DNA of 40,197 nucleotides, taken from the NCBI RefSeq assembly GCF_001194135.2, contig NC_068996.1, positions 33,496,202 to 33,536,398 of the forward strand, read 5' to 3'. Position numbers and translations under genes: made by a program. Within the stretch, counting starts at the first letter, position 1. The number at the start of each line of letters is the position of its first letter. Origin of the DNA: Octopus bimaculoides (Eukaryota). This document shows positions 22,242 through 33,415 of this stretch, in pieces. The notes under the pieces were generated by a model, which worked only from the letters and a program-made list of their open reading frames with translations, was not told the origin of the DNA and did no database searches.

Positions 22242-22867
22242 TGAGGAAAAGAGAAATTCAAATCAAAGTTACAATGTTTCTGTAAATAAGCATTATATAT
22301 TCTGTACCACATATATTGATATGCCATAAAATAAAATAAAATAATAATTATTATTGTTCATTTACCTTGTCAGACATCATTATTTGACACAAGCAACTTA
22401 AAAGATAAATAATGCAATGGAATATAGATTTGTAATACCTCATAAACATGTTAACTACATTCAAACAAATGAGATATAGATAATCCTTCATGAGCGAATT
22501 CCTAAGCATTTGAAATGCCAAAGGGATATATGTTAACTGACCAATAGAAAATAAAAAACAAAATTCACTTGGGTGTTTTTAAAGATCAAAACATATACAA
22601 AGTCTTTCTTATGACACATCAAATTAATTTCCTTAAACATGAAAGAGTAAAATGTCATTTAATTTTGACTATATACGTCTATATATAAAAATAACACACT
22701 TATGTTATCATGTAATATACACACAAACACTTTCCCACTTTCTTTACAAACACTTATATATATTGCACTGTCTTCAATACTGTAGAGAGAATAGTGTATA
22801 AATAAATATATATAAATATACAAACACAAACTAAAAATATACATGTGTGAATATATACAAAACCATA
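22242..22867. repeat. Copy 2 of the ~620-bp local direct duplication
   Basis: Aligns with 17967-18584. Confidence 0.92.
22366..22396 (-). other. Candidate 31-nt micro-exon, copy 2 (identical to copy 1)
   Basis: Same acceptor ttttaag|, same 31 nt and same donor |gtaaatga. Confidence 0.45.
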
Positions 22868-22869
22868 GC

Positions 22870-22963
22870 AGACGACACTTGCCCAAGGTGCCACGCAGTG
22901 GGATTGAACCCGGAACCATGTGGTTTGTAAACAAGCTACTTACCAATCAGCCACTCCTGCGCC
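22870..22963 (-). mobile_element. tRNA-derived SINE head (truncated)
   Basis: Minus strand ggcgcaggagtggctgattggtaagtagcttg...ccgggttcaatcccactgcgtggcaccttgggcaagtgtc. Confidence 0.85.
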
Positions 22964-22970
22964 TATATAT

Positions 22971-23225
22971 AAATTAAAATTCAGAAAATGGAGATGAAGT
23001 AGTAATATAATTTATTAACTGCAAAAATTCAACATGTTCTCTCACAGCTGTTGTGTTTTTGTCCAAAGAATTAAATTCTAGTAATTTATTTGCCTAATAA
23101 AAATGTTTTAATTACTGGAATTTAACTCTTTGGGCAAAAACGCAACAGCTCTAAGAGAACATGCTGAATTTTCGCAGTTAATAAATTATATTAATGCTAC
23201 ATCTCCATTTTCTGAATTTTAATTT
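22971..23225. repeat. MITE-like hairpin with ~116-bp arms and ~23-nt loop
   Basis: 22971-23086 is the reverse complement of 23110-23225 with scattered mismatches. Confidence 0.9.
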
Positions 23226-23688
23226 GAATATTTATAAACCAAGATTTATACTTAAACCTATTNNNNNNNNNNNNNNNNNNNNNNNNNNNNNNNNNNNNNN
23301 NNNNNNNNNNNNNNNNNNNNNNNNNNNNNNNNNNNNNNNNNNNNNNNNNNNNNNNNNNNNNNNNNNNNNNNNNNNNNNNNNNNNNNNNNNNNNNNNNNNN
23401 NNNNNNNNNNNNNNNNNNNNNNNNNNNNNNNNNNNNNNNNNNNNNNNNNNNNNNNNNNNNNNNNNNNNNNNNNNNNNNNNNNNNNNNNNNNNNNNNNNNN
23501 NNNNNNNNNNNNNNNNNNNTATATTATATATTGTATATTTCATATTCTATACCCCACATTGGTTCTGCAGGAATATAAATAAAACATAAAAAACAGACAG
23601 TGTTGGAACTCTTTTAAACTAAATAATATATTCCTCTATACACAATCATACAAAAAAACCCACCTTTTTTGTATTTATTCTTACTCGC

Positions 23689-23719
<31 letters not shown>

Positions 23720-25191
23720 TACACATATGTATATACATGAGTGTCTCTATATATATACACACACACATGCATCTACACTTACATACATAAACATATATAT
23801 GCACTCATACATACACACACATTTATACACATAATACATATACAAATATAGCAATGAATTTCAATGTTCATCTTCGTACCTACAAGCATAGATAGATAGA
23901 TAAATAAATGTGATTTTCATAGTTTATCCAGTAAATATAACTACATATATACACACAAATATATGTAAGTACTTGCATATAAAACATATATACTGATATA
24001 TAAAAATATTCCTACCTACATCTACATGCATAACAAAAAAAAAAAACTAATAGATATGTACATACACATGTATACAAAAGGCAATATACTCTAAGGTATT
24101 CAAATTAAATGTAAATAAAAATATATACACTCAAAAAATATATACACACAAGGTAAAAATAATAGTACATAACTGCACACATGTATATATATGTTTCCAT
24201 AAGTATTGAAACATACACATACTTATATGTACATATGAAATGTACATAGTCAAATACAGATAACACAACCAACATATGGATACAGATTAATTTCTCACAC
24301 TAAATCAATAACTGGAAAAACTTGTCTACCTAATAATAGGTAAAATATAAAATACCAAATATAAAGTAAAACATAAAAAACACTAAAAAGGATAATAGAA
24401 AAATAAACTTAAAGAACCCAAATAAAATCAATCAAAACTAAATACGAAATACCACAATTAATCTGATAAATAATCCAATTGATCAATAGGTTTTATACAA
24501 GAATGCTCTATATAAGAAGCAAGCACCTAACTATGATCTCATCAAATTTGTTAATCAAGTTACCTTTGCAGCTCAAAATAGCTAGTGCCTCATTACTGCA
24601 TATTGTGCAAAATCTGCCAACTCTAGTAAAAGGCATTGCATATTTTAGATCCGTAAATTTTACCACACTTCTTAATTCCAGCTCTGGAATTTTTTAGAAA
24701 ATGCAAACATATGGAGAAATTTGTTTCGTCAAACTGCAAACTACCCTCTCTGGATTAAAGATGCTCTCACAGACTTTGGCCTCCTTCCTGTTGAACTATT
24801 CTGCACCTGCTATACTAACTATGAGGTTAATCGACAAAGGGCTTGCAACTCTTGGTTTTCCTTCCTTTATTTCTTTTACCACTTTATTTATTTAGTCTTT
24901 TCTTATTCTCCCTTTTCTCATTCCACCTTTTGCATTCACCTTCTGCTCGCCTTTTCTTGTGTTTTCTCATAGACCAGCATTCTTTCTTGGCTTTTAAAAT
25001 AAGACCAGCCATATTGTGTATTCAAGCCTGAAGAATTGCTTTGAGACACAAGGCATGATATATAAATCTACTGAATTATTGTGTTTCCATAGCATAAAAC
25101 TATTAGTAGCTAATGTTTAAATACTGTGAGATATTTATCTCTCAGTGGATGGAAAACTTCTTTTGTTGATCCTACTAATAAAAGAATAGTA

Positions 25192-25238
<47 letters not shown>

Positions 25239-25254
25239 TATGAAATGTATATGT

Positions 25255-25495
25255 GTGTGTACCCTTGTCTTGGCAGATTATGATAGGTGTTAATAAGCAT
25301 TACCATCATACAAGTGGTGTTATTCATTTCCAATTTTCTGTAGTAACATTTGTGACCACAGGGGAAATATCTTACTTAGAAAAGGTGAAAGTTGGTAATA
25401 GGAAGGGTATCTAGCTGTAGAAAATCTGTTTCAAGAAATTCCACCTGCCTCAAGCAACCACGGAAAATGGACATTAAATTATGATGATGATAATG
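25255..25495 (+). mobile_element. Old RTE-tail SINE fragment
   Basis: gttggtaataggaagggtatctagctgtagaaaatctg...ggacattaaattatgatgatgat. Confidence 0.65.
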
Positions 25496-25957
25496 CTGAT
25501 GTGCATGTGTGTGCATCTTTGTGTTTATCTCCCATACTACTTGACAACTATTGTTGGCTTGTTTACTTAATCATTTGATAAAAAAGACCAATGAAATAAG
25601 TACAAAACTTAAAAAATAAATGAGTGAGGTATTTATTAAATTACTTCACATAAGTTGTCCCAAAAAGGTAAGTTAGCATACTTTTACTTATACCCTTCTG
25701 CCTCAATTCACTAATCATTAGCCCATATTGGGAGATAGTCATCTCCAAGGATATGGTGCACTCTTTCTCACTATACATAGGAATAATAGTAAATATAACT
25801 AAAATAAAAGATGTGAAACAACTTAAAACTTTAAGATAACTATTGCATTTATTATAGTGGTAGTAGTAAATGGTAACTGCATAGTGTATTTTTCTCCAAA
25901 TAAGAGAAAAATACTTAATCACTTAGCCATATTAAAAAAATATTTAAGTGAACTTAC

Positions 25958-27211
25958 CACTTTTCCTGGACGAGCCCATGTGTAAACAAAACCTTCCTGA
26001 CATGCAGTAACAATGCATTCTTCTCTAAAAACTAAAGCTGTTAGCCGTTCATGTGCTATTTTTTTAAATATAAGAGGTTCCAACATAGGAATTTCATCTA
26101 AGCGTGGACAAGCTGGAGTTCCAAGTAATTTTAAAGACTCATCAATAGGCCGAACACTGGTTTTCAATATGCTTACTTTTTCACTGCTTCTGCCAGCTAA
26201 ACTTAAATTTCTTTTGTGTTCCTTTTTTTCATGATCCTTATCTTTTCTATCTCCAAGAGACAGTGTGGCAAATTTAGCAGTGATATTCACAGATGCATTT
26301 GGCAGAGAATTTCCATCAACAATTGGTACCTGTGTGTTCAAGGAATTAGATTTTTGAGAATTTGGTAGACTATTACAACGGGACATATAATTAAATGCAT
26401 TTGGTCCAATAATGGTACTTGTCCTTGTACGACCTACAGGTTGCTTAAGAACATCCTCTGTCAAGTCCCATAAGCATAAAAATGTATCCTGGCCAACAGA
26501 ACCAAAACGATATGACGTAAAATTTGTTGTCCGAGTGTCAGAAAAACTTTTATTTGATCCAGTCCTTGATCGATTTAATACACTAGTTTCATGAACAGAG
26601 TTTTCACTTTTCCCTTCATGGTTATGTAATGTCCCATAATGAAATTCTTCATCACTACCACTAAAATCACAGCCTTCTGTATCAGAAAAATTTGATGTGT
26701 AAGGATCAAAGGCTACTACATTAACCCATGACCGATGTCCTTCTCCTCTACAAATTACTTTTTTTTCATGAAATGACCAGACAGTAACTAAATCATCCTC
26801 TCCACCAGTAACAAGATATTTGCCATCAGGAGACCAACATACACAAAGAAGTCCACCAAAATAGCTTTTCATAGATCCAACTAAGTCCATGGAATCATAG
26901 TTGAATACCCTAAGATAACCATCCTGTCCAACAACAGCTAAGAATCGAGAGCAAGGAGAAAATGCAAACTCATTGATAGCACCTTGTCCAACAAGCCAAC
27001 GATATAGTGGATTCCGAGTACTTTTGGTCTTACATGTGTATATTGAATATCCATCTCCCTGTTTGAAAGGCTGATAGTGAGGAGGTGCTCCACAACATGG
27101 GAGCTCTTCATTGTATACATATATTTGTCCACTTGCATGTGAAACTAGAAACTGGTTTCGAGATCCTGGAATCCATTTAATACAAGTAACTTTGCTTTTA
27201 TCTATTAATCT
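25958..27211 (-). CDS. WDR20: WD repeat-containing protein 20 (USP12/USP46 deubiquitinase cofactor), large internal/terminal coding exon, 418 codons, phase 0 at both ends
   Basis: RLIDKSKVTCIKWIPGS...NPLYRWLVGQGAINEFAFSP...KSYFGGLLCVCWSPDGKYLVTGGEDDLVTVWSF...GHRSWVNVVAFDPY...FGSVGQDTFLCLWDL...KIAHERLTALVFREECIVTACQEGFVYTWARPGKV is recognisably WDR20/DMWD family. Acceptor tttatttcag| precedes 27211; donor GTG|gtaagt follows 25958. The ORF-track Met at 27271 is intronic. Read-through ends at 25919. Confidence 0.95.
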
Positions 27212-27628
27212 CTGAAATAAATAAAGAGAAACAACATTACAATAAGGTAAATTAAGATAAAAATACTTCAAAGTTTAATAAAACAAAATGAAAATAATAT
27301 TTAGCATTCTGTATACATTACTCTAAGTGGATATACTGTAGAAAGCTACAAAACTGTAGCACTCATCTTGAGACAGCTTCTCATATAGATGTATAAGTAG
27401 TAGATGAAAAACATCCAGAAGTTGTGAATTTACTAAATCTGGATTTATATGTCTGTGCACATCATCAATAGCAAGCATCTACTATCAACTACATGCATAG
27501 AAAAATTTAACCTCTACTGTTGCAAATAACTAGTGGGCTGGGTAAAAATGGAATTTGTTGGTATCGCTGCTTGGAACAGTATAATTCTACAATAATAACT
27601 GTGACCACTGCTATTTCTAGCATGCTAA

Positions 27629-27971
27629 TTTGTTATTAGCAATGGAAGCAGTATTGGTTCAGAATAGCATTCTGTATATCTTACTTAACATGGATATGAT
27701 TTACAAAGCCAAGCATGCAGTTATTAGTGGATACTTGCCACTGATGATGTATAAAAACACAGAAATTTGGATTTAGCAATTCCATCACTGATACAGAACA
27801 CTTCTCACCTACTACTGATACACTTCTGTGCACTTTAGCACAATACTTCAATGTAAGAATCTTTCTTATGAAGAATACTGCAGCTTTGTGGCTTTCCACA
27901 GTATATCCATATTAAGTAGGATTTACAGAATGCTATTCTGAACCAATACTACTTCAGTTGCTAATAACAAA
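27629..27971. mobile_element. MITE-like element in the WDR20 upstream intron, ~93-bp imperfect TIRs
   Basis: tttgttattagcaatggaagcagtattggttcagaatagcattctgta (27629...) versus tacagaatgctattctgaaccaatactacttcagttgctaataacaaa (...27971). Confidence 0.82.
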
Positions 27972-28709
27972 AATGTAATTTATTGGAAAAAAATAAGCAA
28001 ATTATATAATAAACCTTTAAGAAAATATGTAGAGTAATTTTCTTTTTTCTTTATCCCTTTATTAATATAAGAAGAAATATTTTAACTAAGGGATAGCAAA
28101 AGTTTCTTTATATGGAATATAAATAGATTTTTACTAAAATGTACTGCTTGTATGTAAATAATGAATTATTTTGAAAATAAAAAAAACTTGTTACATAAAT
28201 AGGGAAAAGTAAGTTGCAAATTTGAAATTTAATAGGTAAATAAAACAGACTATTCATTTACTGTTGTAAACTTGAAAGTATTTATTTCATTTATTGTCAC
28301 TTTCAGGTAGGTTAAAACAAAATGACAAGTATGTTAGTGCAAAGACTAACGTAATATAATGGAACATGGAAATGGGTATAAAGTGAATTTGAAGAGAAGA
28401 CCTTAAAATAAGCACATTCTCTCTATTCAGTGCCATGTCATAACTAATGAATATGATGAATGGATATTGTAAAATTTACAGGTAACATAAACAAAATAAC
28501 ATAATACTAGCCACTTAATATTTCCACATTTGATTCCCAATTCTAATAATTTTTATATTTCATGTCTAATTTCTTTGTATAACAGTGCTCACTTGCTCAG
28601 TAAATATTGCTTTCATTATTTTATCATAGCCATAATCTCTCTTTTTAAAAAAAATCAATCTGTTATATATATTTATCATTAATAATTGGTAGAACTTACA
28701 TAGGTGTGT

Positions 28710-29250
28710 GTTATGTCTCAATACTACACAGTGGTTGTGTGAGTTGCGAATCCTCGTCGCCACTGTTATATCGCAATACTACACAGTGGCTGTGTGAGCA
28801 TCTCATCCTCGTCGCCACTGTTATGTCTCAAGCTACTGCTATCTGGCACCTTCAGATGATCTCTAGTCAACCGCTACACAACTGCTATTCAACACTCTAC
28901 CAAGGCCAGACTACCTCTATTTATATGTCTTAGGAGATCCTACTTCTTCGCCTGGGGGCGAGGACACAACAGTATGCTGGCCACACAGGATTTGTGAAGT
29001 TATTTTTGAGGTCAGCATATATACAAAATCACATAGATCTGAAAGAGTACCACTTTCAAGGCAAGGGTCATTGGGTAGTTTGATTCTGAATTCACCTAGG
29101 CTTTGTTCAACAGAAATATTACCATTTCTTACATCAAGAAGGTAATTAGCAAACGCTCTTTCATCAGAATGACCTTCTGTAAAGAGTCTTAGATCAATTG
29201 TCAACTCCACTACTTCCACATGATCGCAAAGAAAAGATCTCTTTAGTGTT
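28710..29250 (-). mobile_element. Helitron fragment (Pif1-like helicase) with 55-bp tandem repeats
   Basis: TLKRSFLCDHVEVVELTIDLRL...FANYLLDVRNGNI...IKLPND...DLCDFVY matches the Helitron helicase region after motif IV. 55-bp units start at 28710, 28765 and 28820. Truncated by the gap. Confidence 0.78.
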
Positions 29251-29619
29251 NNNNNNNNNNNNNNNNNNNNNNNNNNNNNNNNNNNNNNNNNNNNNNNNNN
29301 NNNNNNNNNNNNNNNNNNNNNNNNNNNNNNNNNNNNNNNNNNNNNNNNNNNNNNNNNNNNNNNNNNNNNNNNNNNNNNNNNNNNNNNNNNNNNNNNNNNN
29401 NNNNNNNNNNNNNNTGTTTCAGTCGCTTTGCCCTGGTTTCATCTGATTCAGTTGCCCGTCTTTCTCTCTCAGTTGCATATTATATATAAATGAAAGCTCA
29501 TTAAAAACTATCTTGTTTAGCATGCTAGAAATAGCAGTGATCACAGAGTTATTATTGTAAGGCTTATAGCATTCCAAGTAGCCATACCAATAAAATTACT
29601 TCTTTGTTTAAAAAAAAAT

Positions 29620-31389
29620 TATACTGGTATATTAAAGAATTTTCATTGTATCAAAAATATTCATTTAACAAACTCTGAAAACTGATAATATTCTTGAAAC
29701 TGTGCCTCGTATCAAAGTTATACAACTATTTTGTGTAAATATGAAATGAAAAAATCATCATCATCATTGTTTAACGTCCGCTTTCCATGCTAGCATGGGT
29801 TGGACGATTTGACTGAGGACTGGTGAAACCGGATGGCAACACCAGCCTCCAATCTGATTTGGCAGAGTTTCTACAGCTGGATGCCCTTCCTAATGCCAAC
29901 CACTCAGTGAGTGTAGTGGGTGCTTTTACGTGTCATCCGCACGAAGGCCAGTCAGGTGGTACTGGTAACGGCCACGCTCAAATGGTGTATTTTATGTGCC
30001 ACCTGTACAAGAGCCAGTCCAGGGGCAATGGCAACGATCTCGCTCGAGAGTCCTATGAAGGCCAGTCAGGCGGTACTGGCAACGGCCACGCTCAAAATGG
30101 TGTATTTTATGTGCCACCCGCACAAGAGCCAGTCCAGGGGCACTGGCAACGATCTCGCTCGAAAATTCTTACACATGTCACGGGCACAAGTGCTAGAAAG
30201 GCGACGCTGGGTACAGGTGCTATCCCGATTTTGCTATTCGCTTGCCCCAATAAGTCTTCGCAAGCTGAATTTCGTGTCCAATGAAGGAGACGACGTTGGC
30301 ACGGTTGCCAGTTGTCGAATTTAGTTCGATTTCACTTGCCTCAACAAGTCTTCGCAAGTGGAGTTTAGTGTCCAATGTAGGAAAGGTACTCATGAGTGGG
30401 CTGGCTACACCCCTGGCAGAAGCCTTGGATTTAGGTCTCACTTGGCTTGCCGGGTCTTCTCACGCACAGCACATTTCCAAAGNNNNNNNNNNNNNNNNNN
30501 NNNNNNNNNNNNNNNNNNNNNNNNNNNNNNNNNNNNNNNNNNNNNNNNNNNNNNNNNNNNNNNNNNNNNNNNNNNNNNNNNNNNNNNNNNNNNNNNNNNN
30601 NNNNNNNNNNNNNNNNNNNNNNNNNNNNNNNNNNNNNNNNNNNNNNNNNNNNNNNNNNNNNNNNNNNNNNNNNNNNNNNNNNNNNNNNNNNNNNNNNNNN
30701 NNNNNNNNNNNNNNNNNNNNNNNNNNNNNNNNNNNNNNNNNNNNNNNNNNNNNNNNNNNNNNNNNNNNNNNNNNNNNNNNNNNNNNNNNNNNNNNNNNNN
30801 NNNNNNNNNNNNNNNNNNNNNNNNNNNNNNNNNNNNNNNNNNNNNNNNNNNNNNNNNNNNNNNNNNNNNNNNNNNNNNNNNNNNNNNNNNNNNNNNNNNN
30901 NNNCAGGCTATTCTTATTCTAGCAGCTATACTTTCAGCGCACCCACCCCTACTACTAACTTGGTCACCCAGATAGCGGAAGCTATCAACTACCTCTAGTT
31001 TTTCTCCCTGGAATGAGACACAAGTTGTTTCCTGTTTGTTTACAGTGTTTATTGCACCTGAACATCTGCCACATACAAAAACTAACTTCCTAGTTAACCT
31101 GCCTTTGATATTGCTATATATATATACTGGTATATTAATGAATTTTCATTTTATTAAAAATATTTATTTAACAAACTCCGGAAACTGATAATATTCTTGA
31201 AATTGTGCCTCATATCAAAGTTATATAGCTATTTTGTGTAATAGCATGCATTTATTCAACACAAAATCACTTAAAAATTATGCTGATATATTAAAAAAAT
31301 TTTAATTTTATCGAAAAATATTCATTTAACAAACTCTGGAAACTGATAACATTCTTGAAATTGTGTCTCATATCAAAGTTATATAGCCA
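29620..31389. repeat. Three copies of a ~120-bp AT-rich unit (29620-29741, 31123-31243, 31279-31389) interrupted by an RTE insertion
   Basis: Shared text such as aaaatattcatttaacaaactctggaaactgataatattcttgaaattgtgcctcatatcaaagttata. Confidence 0.85.
29756..31115 (-). mobile_element. 5'-truncated RTE LINE spanning a gap
   Basis: (CAT)n tail at 29756. After the gap the minus strand reads GEKLEVVDSFRYLGDQVSSRGGCAESIAARIRIA. Confidence 0.85.
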
Positions 31390-31827
31390 TTATTAAATCA
31401 TCGTTAATGAAAATAGAGGTGAACGAGAATAAGAAACTGTTACGAATACAAATGTAAAATGTTGCCTGCAACGAATTAATGTTTATTATTAAACATTAAA
31501 ATCTACTCCACAGTGAATGCAATGAATATTTAAATTTGCGAGAATTTGCAGTTTAAAATAATTCAATAAACTTCAGAAATCAAAATTATAAGAAATTTTT
31601 TAGAACATGAATTTATAAAAATATTTCCAGATGGTCAAGCTTTTAATATTGCTTTCTTTTAGTACTTTTAGTAATTGTTACATACTTAATTAATAAGCAG
31701 CTTTCTGCATTAGAGTATAGATACACAGACATGACAAAAGTAAATAGACAGCCTTATAATAATTCAAATTTATTTAAATCTAAAATTATACATTTAAATT
31801 ATTTATTAATTGTTATAATGTGAATAT

Positions 31828-32460
31828 TTAATATTTAATAGACATGCCCTTTGCATTTTTCAATGCAAGGACCGTATTAGGCATGTTACTGATCAGATGA
31901 CAAATATTCTCTTGCAGAATTTCTTGCCAAGTTTCATGCAGCAATCTTAAAAGATCTGGCTTTGAAGATGCTTTCTTGTTCTTTTTATGAAGTGATCTAT
32001 CTATTATGTCCCAGAAGTGTTCAATAGGATTTTTATCACTAGAGAAGACTAGAAGGAGTTCATTCTGCAATATGAACACATATTTATCTCAGTTTATGTT
32101 TCCCTCACACTCCACTAGCTCTGATCAACCATTGCTCCAAATTACTCCTCAGACTGTCACAGAATAGCTGCTGTGTTTCATTGTTGGCTGCAATCTTCTC
32201 ACATCAAATTCTTGATCACAAAGTCCCCAGACCCACACTCAACCACTGTCAGAAAATATGACAGTGTCCCAAAATGCTAGTGGCCTCTGCACCATCTCAC
32301 TGGCCCAATCTTTTCTCTTCTTGATGCTGTTCAGGACAACTACACTGTTTGAGTTTCCATATAGTACTTGGATTACTTTCATGAAGTTGTTATTGAAGTT
32401 GGAATTCTTCATCACTTGTCACAAACTATTAAGCCAAACATAGCCAAAAGTCTTTTTGAA
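31828..32460 (-). mobile_element. Decayed Tc1-like transposase
   Basis: VIFSD, LQPTMKH...IWSNG*SELVECEGNIN, SSDKNPIEHFWDIID...LISNMPNTVLALKNAKGMSIKY* (SPDLNPIEHLW...AKG.TKY pattern). Confidence 0.82.
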
Positions 32461-32878
32461 GTCAATGAAGTTGTGACAGGGGTGTCAAGGTAGAGAGAAT
32501 ACCTTGGTTTTCAGCTGCAGGATCTTTAGAGATGGATGGGTATACTGGGTCTCACCTGACTCTCACTTTGGCTTTGAGACTATTCTCAGCTACAGCCTGG
32601 TAACTACTCCTGTTACCAGTCTAAACTTAGAGAGGAGATGGGTGCCACCAAGCGTTTCTAAGCCCCAATGAAATGCCATAATAGACACAGAATCAAACCA
32701 AATTACATTATTTATTTAAATATATAATTCTAAAAATAATCATTTCTATGTTTCTAAATGCTTTCTGAAATAAACTTACACTTCAGTTTAATGGCTTTGA
32801 GTGTAATGCTTATTAAAGCAGAAACAGCTGTAAGTTATGAAGCTGATTTAGTAATCCCTGCTCCCTTGTCATTCTTTA

Positions 32879-32914
<36 letters not shown>

Positions 32915-33194
32915 ATCTCTCAGTTTCCCTAAAATCCTTACAACCATTAACCCTCCACCTTTTCTTATCTTCCATTCCACACTCCCTTCTAATCCATTTT
33001 CTGCTTTAGCACTGCATCAGCATGGTCTTTAAGCCTCTTTCTGGATCCACCCATCCATTCATATATATATGTATAAATTTATGCTTACCCAACATATAAG
33101 TAAGCATGAATTTGCTTCATACTGACAAACATATTTCTATCCTTCTCATCATACAACCACTTAACACTTGTAATAAACCTACCTCTCTCTCTGC

Positions 33195-33415
33195 TATTTT
33201 CCCACTCAGTCAAGTGTGCTCTATAAATTTGTAAATTTCAAGGTAACCTCACTAATACTGGTGCCATGAAAAAAAGCACCCAGTACATTCTGTAAAGTGG
33301 TTGGTGATAGAAAGGGCATCCAGCCTTAGAAACCATGCCTATACAGAGAAACTGGGGTAAAACAAGGTCCTTCAATCTGACGTACCCATCAAACTGTCCA
33401 GCCCAAGCCAGCATA
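33195..33415 (+). mobile_element. Old RTE-tail SINE fragment
   Basis: aaaagcacccagtacattctgtaaagtggttggtgatagaaagggcatccagcc. Confidence 0.65.

Noticed and set aside
25919-27271. 450-aa ORF as a complete single-exon gene
   Set aside because: The first 20 codons are a polypyrimidine tract and acceptor, and homology starts at RLIDK. It is an exon, not a full gene or retrocopy.
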